From assembly GCF_024502345.1 (NCBI RefSeq), contig NZ_JALDNN010000003.1: a stretch of 64,000 bases of DNA. One strand, 5' to 3'. Every line of letters starts with the position of its first letter. The stretch's first letter is position 1. Below, piece by piece: positions 53,398 through 63,668 of the stretch. Position numbers and translations under genes: made by a program. Source of the DNA: Escherichia coli. Its GTDB lineage: Bacteria > Pseudomonadota > Gammaproteobacteria > Enterobacterales > Enterobacteriaceae. The notes beneath the pieces were generated by a model. The model was not told the DNA's origin. It saw nothing but the letters and a program-made list of their open reading frames with translations, and made no database searches.

Positions 53398-53625
53398 ATG
53401 GAAATAAATGAAGTACAGCGTGACTGGCATCGCATTGATATTGTCGCCGAGCTGCACAAGCGTGGCGTCACTATGCGCGGCCTTTCCGCCAGCGCGGGAC
53501 TAAAACCCGACACGCTGAAAAATGCGCTGGCACGCTCTTATCCAAAAGGAGAGCGCATTATTGCAAATGCTCTCAATTTAGAACCCGCCAGTATCTGGCC
53601 AAGCCGTTACAACAAGGACCTGTGA
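53398..53625 (+). CDS. Ner-like DNA-binding protein (Mu Ner / Nlp family)
   Basis: 75 aa; RDWHRIDIVAELHKRGVTMRGLSASAGLKPDTLKNALARSYPKGERIIANALNLEPASIWPSRY parallels Mu Ner (RDWHRADVIAGLKKRKLSLSALSRQFGYAPTTLANALERHWPKGEQIIANALETKPEVIWPSRY). Confidence 0.75.
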   Translation: MEINEVQRDWHRIDIVAELHKRGVTMRGLSASAGLKPDTLKNALARSYPKGERIIANALNLEPASIWPSRYNKDL

Positions 53626-53742
53626 CATGTTCGTGACTGTTAACGAATTAGTTGGCGTCCCTGGACTGCCAACAACACAACAAGGACTGCGATACAGCCT
53701 TAAAAAAAGTGCAGGCAACTCCCCTGAACTGGTTCGCAAACG

Positions 53743-54562
53743 GGCACTGTTGCAAATAGTCGGTGGTGATAAACTTATCATCCCCTTTTGCTGATGGAGC
53801 TGCACATGAACCCATTCAAAGGCCGGCATTTTCAGCGTGACATCATTCTGTGGGCCGTACGCTGGTACTGCAAATACGGCATCAGTTACCGTGAGCTGCA
53901 GGAGATGCTGGCTGAACGCGGAGTGAATGTCGATCACTCCACGATTTACCGCTGGGTTCAGCGTTATGCGCCTGAAATGGAAAAACGGCTGCGCTGGTAC
54001 TGGCGTAACCCTTCCGATCTTTGCCCGTGGCACATGGATGAAACCTACGTGAAGGTCAATGGCCGCTGGGCGTATCTGTACCGGGCCGTCGACAGCCGGG
54101 GCCGCACTGTCGATTTTTATCTCTCCTCCCGTCGTAACAGCAAAGCTGCATACCGGTTTCTGGGTAAAATCCTCAACAACGTGAAGAAGTGGCAGATCCC
54201 GCGATTCATCAACACGGATAAAGCGCCCGCCTATGGTCGCGCGCTTGCTCTGCTCAAACGCGAAGGCCGGTGCCCGTCTGACGTTGAACACCGACAGATT
54301 AAGTACCGGAACAACGTGATTGAATGCGATCATGGCAAACTGAAACGGATAATCGGCGCCACGCTGGGATTTAAATCCATGAAGACGGCTTACGCCACCA
54401 TCAAAGGTATTGAGGTGATGCGTGCACTACGCAAAGGCCAGGCCTCAGCATTTTATTATGGTGATCCCCTGGGCGAAATGCGCCTGGTAAGCAGAGTTTT
54501 TGAAATGTAAGGCCTTTGAATAAGACAAAACGCTGCCTCATCGCTAACTTTGCAACAGTGCC
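53743..54562 (+). mobile_element. IS26 copy 3
   Basis: 820 bp with the same 14-bp IRs; interrupts a molybdoenzyme gene on its right side. Confidence 0.95.
53806..54510 (+). CDS. tnpA: IS26 transposase Tnp26
   Basis: Identical in translation to copy 2. Confidence 0.95.
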   Translation: MNPFKGRHFQRDIILWAVRWYCKYGISYRELQEMLAERGVNVDHSTIYRWVQRYAPEMEKRLRWYWRNPSDLCPWHMDETYVKVNGRWAYLYRAVDSRGRTVDFYLSSRRNSKAAYRFLGKILNNVKKWQIPRFINTDKAPAYGRALALLKREGRCPSDVEHRQIKYRNNVIECDHGKLKRIIGATLGFKSMKTAYATIKGIEVMRALRKGQASAFYYGDPLGEMRLVSRVFEM

Positions 54563-55246
54563 GTTTTACTTTCCCGCACAATCAACAAGCTGGAGCCGGG
54601 TTCTTGCACATTCCCGCAGGAGTTCAATCATAAGCGTTGGCTGGACCAGGAATTCAATGACGGAATGGCCAAAATGTTTGGCATCTCCTCATGGGATGAC
54701 TTACTGGATGGCCCGAAAAAAGCCATTTTGCCGAGTTCTGCGGCCTGGTATGACCGCAAATTTAAAACCCCCTCAGGAAAGTTTGAGTTCAGATCTGAGC
54801 TGTGTGAGAAAAATGGCCATACGGCGCTGCCGGAATACAAACCGGAGGCGAAAAGCACGCTGCCATTCCACTTGTTTACACCGCATGTGCAGTTCGGTAT
54901 CCATTCCCAATTTATCAACCTTGACTGGATGCAGGTCTTCTATCCGGAGCCGTTTGTCTATATGCATCCGATTTCCGCAGAAAAAAGAGGCATTGCCGAA
55001 AACGACCTGGTGAAAGTGTTTAACACCGTAGGTGAAGTAGAACTGCGTGCGAAGGTGACCGCTAACGTTCCGGAAGATTTCCTGGTGATGTACGAGGCGT
55101 GGTTCCCGAAAAGGAAATACAACGTTCAAAACGTGGTGGCAGATACCCCAGCCGATATGGGGTTGATGAAAACCGGTGCGCCAGGTGCGGCTATCCACAG
55201 TCAGTTTGCGGACATCATTTTGATCAGTAAAGGAGCAGCGGCATGA
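54563..55246 (+). pseudogene. DMSO-reductase-family molybdopterin oxidoreductase catalytic subunit, 3' fragment (5' part removed by IS26)
   Basis: Frame encodes the C-terminal molybdopterin-dinucleotide-binding region (...VKVFNTVGEVELRAKVTANVPEDFLVMYEAWFP...); followed by Fe-S and anchor subunit genes. Confidence 0.65.
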
Positions 55247-55800
55247 GACGCGCGTTTTTAGTTAATAGCGATAAATGCATCGGCTGCCGTGGCTGTGCAA
55301 TGGCGTGTAAGAGTTTTAACCAGTTGGAACCTGAACGTTTCTGGCGCTATGTCTACCCGCTGGATAAAGAAATTTATCCGCATGAAGAGCGGGCGTTCTA
55401 TTCGCTGGCCTGTAACCACTGCGAAAACCCGGCCTGTCTGGCGGCGTGTCCGGTAGAGGCGTACACCAAGCGTGAAGATGGTGTCGTGGTGCATAACCCA
55501 GAGCGCTGTATTGGATGCAAAAACTGTATCCGCAACTGCCCATACGGTGCGCCGCGTTTTAATGAGGAGACGAAGAAAGCGGAAAAATGCAGCATGTGCT
55601 ACGAGCGCCTTGATGTTGGTATGCAACCGGCTTGCGTGAATGCCTGTCCGGTAGGTGCGCTGACGCTTATCGATCTGGATGCCGATCCTATACCTGACAA
55701 TGCCGTACAGTATCCGCCGGGATTCCCGCGTATGCCGCAGCTTAATCCTGGCACGCGTTTTATCCTTGCGCGTCAGCCGAAGCAGCCGGAGGGTAATTAA
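55243..55800 (+). CDS. 4Fe-4S ferredoxin-type electron-transfer subunit (DmsB-like)
   Basis: Four Cys clusters (CIGCRGCAMAC, CNHCENPACLAACP, CIGCKNCIRNCP, CSMCYERL...CVNACP); start overlaps the upstream stop. Confidence 0.8.
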   Translation: MRRAFLVNSDKCIGCRGCAMACKSFNQLEPERFWRYVYPLDKEIYPHEERAFYSLACNHCENPACLAACPVEAYTKREDGVVVHNPERCIGCKNCIRNCPYGAPRFNEETKKAEKCSMCYERLDVGMQPACVNACPVGALTLIDLDADPIPDNAVQYPPGFPRMPQLNPGTRFILARQPKQPEGN

Positions 55801-56567
55801 TGGAAAAGTATGAACTTCCGCTGGTCATTTTTACCGTATTGAGCCAGATGTCGGTTGGGATCACGCTCATTCTGACGCTACGCACGCTGCAAGGAAAACT
55901 GGAAAGCAAACGCCTGTACTGGCTGGTAAGTGGGCTGGTTCTGGCGGTGGCGTCCGTTGCAGCGATCCTGCACCTTGCGCATCCGGATCGCGCCTACGAT
56001 GCCCTGATTAACCTGCAGCACGCCTGGCTGAGCCGTGAAATTCTTGGCGCCACCTTATACGGTGCGGCGGTCGGGGTGACGTTTTTGGCAAAAGGGCACA
56101 AAGCGCCAGCTGTTCTGGCCTCTGTTCTCGGTATCGCGCTGGTGGCGGTGCAGGGGATGACCTATGCTGCCCCGGCAATGGTGGCGATCGCCAACGGTCT
56201 GACAATGCTGTTGTTCTTTATCACGGTGTGGGTGATGGGGTGTGCGGCGATTCCACTGCTTAACCTTGCACCTGCCGTTGCCGCATTACGCCAGGGGATT
56301 GTTGTGTGTATGGCGGTCATGATCGCCGCGCCCATTATCTGGCTAAGCGGCGGCACCATCATGCAGATGACGGCGCATGCCTGGCTGACGTCGCCGCTTT
56401 ATCTGGCGAGTCTGGTGTGTCTGGCGGTGGCCTTTGTGCTAAGCCGTCAGGGAGAGCGTCGCGCAAAAGCGCTTTTTGTCCTGCTGTTTGTTGGCATATT
56501 CCTGAGTCGTCTGACGTTCTTTGGCGATACGATCAGCACCATCGTGAATATCGGTCATTTGTATTGA
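55800..56567 (+). CDS. DmsC-like membrane anchor subunit
   Basis: 255 aa, about eight hydrophobic helices; translationally coupled to the Fe-S subunit gene. Confidence 0.7.
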   Translation: MEKYELPLVIFTVLSQMSVGITLILTLRTLQGKLESKRLYWLVSGLVLAVASVAAILHLAHPDRAYDALINLQHAWLSREILGATLYGAAVGVTFLAKGHKAPAVLASVLGIALVAVQGMTYAAPAMVAIANGLTMLLFFITVWVMGCAAIPLLNLAPAVAALRQGIVVCMAVMIAAPIIWLSGGTIMQMTAHAWLTSPLYLASLVCLAVAFVLSRQGERRAKALFVLLFVGIFLSRLTFFGDTISTIVNIGHLY

Positions 56568-56636
56568 TCGTGAGGTAATAAAAACCCCTGTCAGGCGTTA
56601 ACCTGACAGGGGTTTTCTTTAGCGAATCAGTGGCTG

Positions 56637-57065
56637 TTAACGAACAACCAGCACTGGCAAAGTCGCGTGGCGGACAACGCTGGAAGCGTTTGAGCCGAGC
56701 AGATGGGTGCTGATTGATGGGTTACGCGACCCAATGACAACGACATCTGCATTCAACTCTTCACCCAACTCGTTGACCACATCACGGACACTGCCAAAGC
56801 GGACGTGTTGCTTAATACGGGAAGGATCGATGCTGAAGTGACCGACCATCGTTTGCAGACGGGTTTCCGCTTCGTGTTGCAGATGCTCTTCAAAACGACG
56901 GACATCGGCCGCAAAGCGGTGCAGGCTTAAGCTCGCTGAGCCTGGCAGCACATGCAGCAGATGGATAACCCCTTTATCCTGGGCCAGAAATTCTGCATGG
57001 CGAATAGCCTTGTCGCTCAGTTCCATTTCGAATACATCAACAGGCATTATGATTGTGTTGTACAT
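56637..57065 (-). CDS. uspG: universal stress protein UspG
   Basis: [30 protein letters not shown]...[18 protein letters not shown] closely matches E. coli UspG (YbdQ); AAGGAG 7 nt upstream of this ATG; synteny with rnk. Confidence 0.85.
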   Translation of the reverse strand: MYNTIIMPVDVFEMELSDKAIRHAEFLAQDKGVIHLLHVLPGSASLSLHRFAADVRRFEEHLQHEAETRLQTMVGHFSIDPSRIKQHVRFGSVRDVVNELGEELNADVVVIGSRNPSISTHLLGSNASSVVRHATLPVLVVR

Positions 57066-57248
57066 AAACATTCTCCTTGTCATTACATGAACACATAACA
57101 GCATAGTATTAAAAATGATTCTGTCAGTCACGACACAGATTTATGTTTTGCGAACAGGAAAGAAAGCGAGGAGCAGGGAGATCTAACCGGAAAGAGGATG
57201 CAGATGCATCCTCTGTAAGATAAAGCGAGTGGCTTTGATAAGACAGAG

Positions 57249-57659
57249 TTAGCGCAGGTAGTCGCCTGCAGCTTCAGGCTGGTACTCAAGCTCAATAACT
57301 TCGAGGTGCGTTGAGGTCCCGCCTGGCAGTTCCCAGTGAATGGTATCACCAACGCGCAGCCCCAAAAGTGCAGCGCCGACAGGTGCCATTACCGAAAGCT
57401 GTGTGCTGCTGTCAGTCATAGTGGCCGGATACACCAGGGTACGCACACGGACTTCGCCATCACTCAGATTGCGGAATTTCACGCGGCTGTTCATGGTCAC
57501 GACATCGTGCGGCATGGTTTCTGGAGAACACATTTGGGCACGATCCAGCTCGGCGTTAAGGGCGTCGGCAATCGGTAAACCAGCAAACGCAGGTTGCTCC
57601 AACAGGCGGTCAATGCGTTCCGCATCGAGGTCGTTAATGATGATAGTTGGTCTGGACAT
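57249..57659 (-). CDS. rnk: regulator of nucleoside diphosphate kinase Rnk (GreA/GreB family)
   Basis: 136 aa; [44 protein letters not shown] closely matches E. coli Rnk. Confidence 0.9.
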   Translation of the reverse strand: MSRPTIIINDLDAERIDRLLEQPAFAGLPIADALNAELDRAQMCSPETMPHDVVTMNSRVKFRNLSDGEVRVRTLVYPATMTDSSTQLSVMAPVGAALLGLRVGDTIHWELPGGTSTHLEVIELEYQPEAAGDYLR

Positions 57660-58238
57660 TTATTACTCCATGTCGTCGATACTGCGGGTGCGCAGGTAAA
57701 TAATCCCAAAAGAAAACCCTCACCGTCAGGCGGCAAGGGTTTAGCTTTTATGATGATACTGAGACTTACCCCATGTTTGAAGTGATTTAGTTCACATTCA
57801 GGCAAATCATCAATATTGTCGCGTATGGTGTAATGTCAGTCAGTTAACGAACCTAAGGTAATAAATCTGTTGCCTCCGTCGCATTGCTACGTTCACCTTA
57901 TGTTATTCACTTCTCTGAAACCATCCTACCTGTGAACGTGTTAAGGGTACTATCGCCGTACCCTTAACAATCCCGGCGGGAGCCTGGGTTGCAAGGGAGG
58001 CGGCGGTGAGCCTCCCTTGCTCGTTCACGGGTATCAGTGCTTCAGAGAAGTGATACCGCTGAGGTGAACGGAACCCTGAGCCGGGATCACATGTTCCCTA
58101 TAATGCTTAACTGACAAGCATTACGCGTATGGTGTGATTTTAGCCGAAAAACGTGATCGTTCTCCAATTTGCATTATGCTTTTTAAGCGCTCGCTGCGGG
58201 CGCGTCAAACAACTCAGTGTTCCGCGACAGGAGATCTC

Positions 58239-59069
58239 ATGAGCCAGTACGACAAACTTACCTTGAAAGACGGCAGCTATTTGCATTTTAAAGATTGGGG
58301 AAGTGGACAGCCCATTGTCTTCAGTCATGGTTGGCCGCTGACGGCAGATGCGTTTGAGGATCAGATGTTATTCCTCGGGTCGAAAGGATTTCGTGTGATC
58401 GCCCATGACAGGCGTGGGCATGGGCGTTCGGCCCAACCCTGGGATGGTCACAATATGGAGCAGTATGCTGACGATCTGGCTGAACTTACCGCGCATCTCA
58501 ATCTTAAAGATGCCGTCCATGTCGGACACTCTACCGGCGGCGGGGAAGTGGCGCGGTATATTGGCCGCCATGGAACGCAGCGGGTCGCAAAAGCGGTGTT
58601 AATTGGCGCGGTGACGCCCATTATGATCAAGACTGACTTTAATCCAAATGGCGTGCCGAAAGAGGTATTCGATGGCATCCGTGAGGGGGTTGTGAACGAT
58701 CGCGCCGCCTTTTTCTATGAATTGACCGCTGCATTCTATGGCTACAACCGTCCTGGCGCAAAAGAGTCGAAAGCCGTCAGGGAAAGTTTTGTTGAACAGG
58801 GTTTACAAGGTTCCATCAAAGCGTTGTACGACTGTATCCACGCGTTTTCGGAAACAGATCTGCGTGAGGATCTCAAAAAGATGACCATCCCGACGCTGGT
58901 GATCCACGGTGATGACGATCAGATTGTCCCGTTTGAAACCTGCGGAAAGGTCGCGGCGGAAATACTGCCTGATTCGCAGTTGAAGGTATATGTCGGCGGC
59001 TCGCATGGCATTTGCACCACCCATAAACAACAGATCAACGGTGACCTGCTCAACTTTATTCAGTCGTAA
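58239..59069 (+). CDS. alpha/beta-fold hydrolase (non-haem haloperoxidase/esterase-like)
   Basis: ATG with AGGAG upstream; nucleophile elbow GHSTGGG; ~276 aa. Confidence 0.7.
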   Translation: MSQYDKLTLKDGSYLHFKDWGSGQPIVFSHGWPLTADAFEDQMLFLGSKGFRVIAHDRRGHGRSAQPWDGHNMEQYADDLAELTAHLNLKDAVHVGHSTGGGEVARYIGRHGTQRVAKAVLIGAVTPIMIKTDFNPNGVPKEVFDGIREGVVNDRAAFFYELTAAFYGYNRPGAKESKAVRESFVEQGLQGSIKALYDCIHAFSETDLREDLKKMTIPTLVIHGDDDQIVPFETCGKVAAEILPDSQLKVYVGGSHGICTTHKQQINGDLLNFIQS

Positions 59070-59165
59070 TCGTTGGCAGATTGTTCTACGCTGATCTTCT
59101 TTTTCCAGGGGGATGAGCGAAGCATAATTTGTGCTGCGCTGACGTTAACTTCAACAGGGAACGCT

Positions 59166-59789
59166 ATGTATTTCTATCAACCGTCACAGGGACACGGCTT
59201 ACCGCATGACCCGCTAAATGCCATCATTGGACCGCGCCCGATTGGTTGGATTGCGTCGCGTGACGGCAATGGTCGGCACAATCTGGCACCATACAGTTTC
59301 TTTAACTGTTTTAACTATCATCCGCCGATTATCGGTTTCGCCAGCAGCGGCTGGAAAGACAGCGTGCAGAATATTATTGAAACCGGTGAATTTGTCTGGA
59401 ACCTGACGACTCTTGAGCTGGCCACTGCGATGAACGAAACGTCAGCCAGCTTGCCGCACGGTGAGGACGAGTTTTTTGCCGCCGGGCTTAGCAAGGCAGA
59501 TAGCCGGATAGTCAACGTGCCGCGCGTGGCGCAAAGCCCGGTCAATTTTGAGTGTCGCTTATCGCAAAGCCTGCAACTAACTACCGCTGATGGCTCACCG
59601 GTTGATACCTGGCTGGTATTGGGGGAAGTGGTGGGCATCCACATCGATGAAACGCTCCTGGAGGACGGCATCTATCAGACGGCGAAAGCGAAGCCGGTAC
59701 TGCGCGCAGGTGGGCCAACGGCATATTATTCGATCAGTGAAACACACCGTTTTGATTTAGTTCGCCCGGACGCCCGAGCAAAACGCTAA
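59166..59789 (+). CDS. flavin reductase-like domain protein
   Basis: 207 aa; N-terminal region IGPRPIGWIASRDGNGRHNLAPYSFFN typical of flavin-reductase-like FMN-binding proteins. Confidence 0.6.
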   Translation: MYFYQPSQGHGLPHDPLNAIIGPRPIGWIASRDGNGRHNLAPYSFFNCFNYHPPIIGFASSGWKDSVQNIIETGEFVWNLTTLELATAMNETSASLPHGEDEFFAAGLSKADSRIVNVPRVAQSPVNFECRLSQSLQLTTADGSPVDTWLVLGEVVGIHIDETLLEDGIYQTAKAKPVLRAGGPTAYYSISETHRFDLVRPDARAKR

Positions 59790-59830
59790 GCTTACGGACC
59801 GACGCCAGCTTGCAGCGTCGGTCGCAAGTT

Positions 59831-60637
59831 TCAATATCCCACTTTGTCGATAATAAACTGTTTACCGCAGATACCTGGATGCGGTTGCGGTAAGAATGAC
59901 TGTGCAGATAACGTCTGGTTGATGTTGTCGGCTTTCAGGGATAACTGGATCTCAGTGAGATACGCCGGATTGCCGTGGCAGCTTAGCTTCACAGCTTTGA
60001 CGTTCTCTTTGCCCCAGCTTTTGGCAACTGCGGCGTCAAATGCGTTACGGCTGACAGTTTTGCCGTAGTTTTCCGCCAGGAATTTGCCCACCTCGCTGTT
60101 CTTAACCTCATTATTCAGCCGTACCATCGTGCCAAAGTACGCGTCGGGATCAAAACCGAAACACGCGCCATGTTTGGCATACTCGTAACGTTCCAGACAG
60201 GATCTCCCTCCAGCGCCGGGCATTACGGCGCTGAGTTTTGCTGCGCTTTCCAGCGACAGCCCGGTTTCGGGGGCCGCGCATTTACGGCTGGCACGTGCTT
60301 CAGGCAGGTTGGGAATAGGGCGAGTCGCGCAGCCAAAACGCATCCAGCGGCGGTTGTCGACTCCACGGGCGGCAATGGATTTAGGCAGGCTGGGCCATAA
60401 ACCGTGAACGGTCAGGAAATCCGCTTTGTCTGCGCTCTCTTTTTGTAAACGACATTCGTCAGGCTCCTGACGATTACGCTCGTGTTGGCTCTGACAAAAT
60501 CCGGTTTGCCAGGAGAGGGCCAGCACGTAGCTGTCAAAATCAGTGTATTGTTTTGCCTGAAGTTCATCGGCCTGAGCTGCAGAAACTGGCAGCAGAAGCG
60601 CTGCCAGTAATGAAGAATAACGCCATGTTGATGTCAT
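59831..60637 (-). CDS. rna: ribonuclease I (RNase T2 family)
   Basis: 268 aa with signal peptide; RNase T2 catalytic block FLTVHGLWP; synteny rnk ... rna-citT as in E. coli. Confidence 0.85.
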   Translation of the reverse strand: MTSTWRYSSLLAALLLPVSAAQADELQAKQYTDFDSYVLALSWQTGFCQSQHERNRQEPDECRLQKESADKADFLTVHGLWPSLPKSIAARGVDNRRWMRFGCATRPIPNLPEARASRKCAAPETGLSLESAAKLSAVMPGAGGRSCLERYEYAKHGACFGFDPDAYFGTMVRLNNEVKNSEVGKFLAENYGKTVSRNAFDAAVAKSWGKENVKAVKLSCHGNPAYLTEIQLSLKADNINQTLSAQSFLPQPHPGICGKQFIIDKVGY

Positions 60638-60747
60638 GATGATTTCGGATACTTATATAAATTCTGAATATCATCTATTTAATCATAAAAAATGCCAGTC
60701 AGGTTTAGCTGACTGGCATCATTTTCATCAGGTGTGAACCGAAATGA

Positions 60748-62211
60748 TTAGCTCCACATCGCCAGAATCGGCCAGCCGACCAGCAGAAGCATAGAGATGT
60801 AGATAACGCCGAAGATAGCACCCAGACGCCAGTAGTCTTTGGACTTCACATAACCACAGCCGTAGATGATAACGCCAGGGCCTGTTGCATATGGAGTCAG
60901 ACAGCCCATGATACCGATGGACAGTACCAGCAGGATACACAGGTGTTCCATCGGCACGCCCGGGATACCTTTACCGACAGCCAGAATAACCGGCAGCATG
61001 GTGGCAGTGTGTGCAGAAAGGCTGGCAAACAGGTAGTGAGCAAAGTAGAACACCAGCACCAGCACGATTACGGTCGCGTTAGGCGAGAAGCCTTCCAGGT
61101 GCGTGCTCATGGTGTTGGCGAACCAGTCGATGAAGCCTGAACGGGTTAAACCATTCGCCATAACGACCAGCGTGGCGAGGTTAACCAGGGTGTTCCATGC
61201 GCTGTTATAGCGGGTAATGTCTTTCCACGGTACCACATGCAGCGCCAGCATCAGGGAGACAGCAAGCAAACCCACTGCGGTTGCATCAATCAGTTTACCA
61301 CCGAAGACCCACAGGCCCAGGCTGAGCAGAACCAGACCGATCAGCGTTATCTCTTTACGGGTCAATTTACCCATGCCTTTCAGTTCATCACCGGCCCATG
61401 CGGCAACTTCAGCACTGTGAGTGACCTCTGGTTTGTACAGAACGTATGACAACCACGGAGCAACGATCAGCAAAATAATACCAACCGGCAGGAAGCTGAG
61501 GAACCATTGCAGCCAGCTGATTTGAATACCGGCAATTTTGTTGACGAATTCCAGACCCAGTACGTTTGGCGCAGCGCCGGTCACGAACATAGAGGAGCTC
61601 AGGCTGGTACTGATTACCATCATCCACATCAGGTATCCGCCGATACGGCGCGCGGAAGGATCGTTCGGGAATGATTTAAACAGCGGCGGCAGGTTTTTGA
61701 TAACCGGGAATACGGTACCACCGGTACGCGCGGTGTTAGACGGTGTAAACGGCGCCAGCAGAATGTCGATGATAACAATCGCATAGCCCAGCGTCAGGGT
61801 GCGTTTACCCATGAATTTCACCAGGAACAGCGCGATACGACGACCCAGACCGGTGACTTCATAACCCAGTGCGAAGATAAACGCACCAAACACCAACCAC
61901 ACGGTGGTGCTGGAGAAGCCCGCCAGACCCCATTTCAGCGCTTGCTTACCCGCTTTAAATGCCGGGTCGGCCAGTTCTGAAGCATCAAACAGCAGATAGT
62001 TGCTGCCGATAACGCAGATCGTTACGGCGATAAAGCTGATCGCTGTTGCCGGAATTGGCTCCAGGATCATACCGACGATCATCGCCACAAACACGGCAAA
62101 GTAGTGCCAGGCCTGTGGAGGCATTCCATCAGGGACGGGGATAAGAAACATGACGCCCATTACGACCAATGGGGCCAGTAACTTCCATATTTTATCTTTT
62201 GCTAAAGACAT
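60748..62211 (-). CDS. citT: citrate:succinate antiporter CitT
   Basis: 487-aa polytopic transporter; N-terminus and overall pattern match CitT; adjacent to citG/citX/citF. Confidence 0.9.
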   Translation of the reverse strand: MSLAKDKIWKLLAPLVVMGVMFLIPVPDGMPPQAWHYFAVFVAMIVGMILEPIPATAISFIAVTICVIGSNYLLFDASELADPAFKAGKQALKWGLAGFSSTTVWLVFGAFIFALGYEVTGLGRRIALFLVKFMGKRTLTLGYAIVIIDILLAPFTPSNTARTGGTVFPVIKNLPPLFKSFPNDPSARRIGGYLMWMMVISTSLSSSMFVTGAAPNVLGLEFVNKIAGIQISWLQWFLSFLPVGIILLIVAPWLSYVLYKPEVTHSAEVAAWAGDELKGMGKLTRKEITLIGLVLLSLGLWVFGGKLIDATAVGLLAVSLMLALHVVPWKDITRYNSAWNTLVNLATLVVMANGLTRSGFIDWFANTMSTHLEGFSPNATVIVLVLVFYFAHYLFASLSAHTATMLPVILAVGKGIPGVPMEHLCILLVLSIGIMGCLTPYATGPGVIIYGCGYVKSKDYWRLGAIFGVIYISMLLLVGWPILAMWS

Positions 62212-62236
62212 GTGTGTGATTCTCCGGAAAGGATCT

Positions 62237-63142
62237 TTAATTGTGATAATGATGAACTTGTGAAATCTGAGCTAAGAACCAGGTGACGATCAGCAGATCG
62301 GCGCAGCCTCCGGGACTGAGGTTGCGTTCAATGCACTGTTGGTCGAACTGGTGTAGGTATTCGAGATCGGCAGGGGTACGAATCCCCCCTTGCTGCATCA
62401 GGGCAGTGGCCTGCTGCTGTAGCCAACGCAGACCTTCTGCGCCGCCACGTGAAGCCACGTTGGTGTCGCCGTTGATAGACATCAGCAGCAATAAAGTGTC
62501 GAGTAACGCCAGTTCAGGGTCGCGGCCCTGAGTCAGCAGTGCGCGGTAGTGCGGCAGGGCATGCTGGATGACTAGCGGGTATCCCGCTTCGGCTTCGCCC
62601 CGTGCGCCGGTTAATCCCAGTTGCTTATAAAGACGTTGGCCTGCCGTGAGTTGTTGATTGTTCTGGCGCAGTTCGCGCTCGGTCAGACCACGGCAAAATG
62701 TCGCTGCCGTAGAGCAAATGGTTTCAGCGGTAACAGTTAGTTGGAGCTGGTGCAGGCGGCCAATGGCGGCGCACAGCAGGCCCAGAGAAAAGATGCTTCC
62801 TTTATGAGTGTTCACCCCGGCGGTGGCGCGGAACATATCAGCTTCGCAGGCCATGCCCAGCGGGCGCAGTCCTTTCAATACATCCTCAGGCGACAGCTGT
62901 GCGCTAAACGCCCCATATTCAATAAAACGTGGCAGCCAGGCCTGAATAGCCTCGGCGCTGCGATGAAAATCTTCCAGCGCCATATCTTTATGCGCGCCGT
63001 TGTTAATACGATCTACCAGACCGGGTTTGGGTGACAGGTTGACTTCAGTCAGCATGGCGCGCCACGCGAGCGTTGCGTAAGCATCAGGCAGATCCAGAGG
63101 AAGGACTGCATTATTGGTTGATGTTGCGGGAATCGGCATCAT
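62237..63142 (-). CDS. citG: triphosphoribosyl-dephospho-CoA synthase CitG
   Basis: Start taken at [11 protein letters not shown] (track ORF extends 24 codons further upstream); blocks [48 protein letters not shown] match E. coli CitG. Confidence 0.85.
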   Translation of the reverse strand: MMPIPATSTNNAVLPLDLPDAYATLAWRAMLTEVNLSPKPGLVDRINNGAHKDMALEDFHRSAEAIQAWLPRFIEYGAFSAQLSPEDVLKGLRPLGMACEADMFRATAGVNTHKGSIFSLGLLCAAIGRLHQLQLTVTAETICSTAATFCRGLTERELRQNNQQLTAGQRLYKQLGLTGARGEAEAGYPLVIQHALPHYRALLTQGRDPELALLDTLLLLMSINGDTNVASRGGAEGLRWLQQQATALMQQGGIRTPADLEYLHQFDQQCIERNLSPGGCADLLIVTWFLAQISQVHHYHN

Positions 63143-63665
63143 GCAGCAGTGCCTCCATCTGAGTGAGTAAGTCGGAAAGTGCGTGGGTTTTACCCCGCGC
63201 ACAGTCGGCAGCACTTTGCTCGCACAGCAGACAGCGGCGGGCAGGGAGTGCGAAATGACGCCGGGACAGAATTTCCCCTTCAGGGGTCAGGACATCGATG
63301 TCCCATAGCCGTCCCAGCGGGTGTGAATGCTCAAGTTCAATCGTGGCGAGCTTGAGGTCGTGGGCCGGAGCCTCAATAGACAAAAGACCTTCTGGACCGC
63401 TGGCAGAAACCAGCGCTGTTTGCTCCCTGACAATCCAGGCTGATTGTTCCGCCAGCGCGAGCAAGGCGGTTACGCCGTGATTAAAGATGCGACGGGTTAA
63501 TGCGCTGTCTTTAATCGGACCCGGTGCGACTACGGTGAACGAGACCAGTGGCGCAGAGTGGCGTGTCAGCCAGTCCTGTTGCCTTGCTTGTCTCTTATCG
63601 CGGCTGGCGAGCAGCTCGGGAATCGAAACCGCGTGTTGGGTGGCGAGTTCAGGGAGCAGGTGCAT
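63111..63665 (-). CDS. citX: apo-citrate lyase phosphoribosyl-dephospho-CoA transferase CitX
   Basis: 184 aa between citF and citG, overlapping the citG start; position and size fit CitX. Confidence 0.85.
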   Translation of the reverse strand: MHLLPELATQHAVSIPELLASRDKRQARQQDWLTRHSAPLVSFTVVAPGPIKDSALTRRIFNHGVTALLALAEQSAWIVREQTALVSASGPEGLLSIEAPAHDLKLATIELEHSHPLGRLWDIDVLTPEGEILSRRHFALPARRCLLCEQSAADCARGKTHALSDLLTQMEALLHDADSRNINQ

Positions 63666-63668
63666 GGC

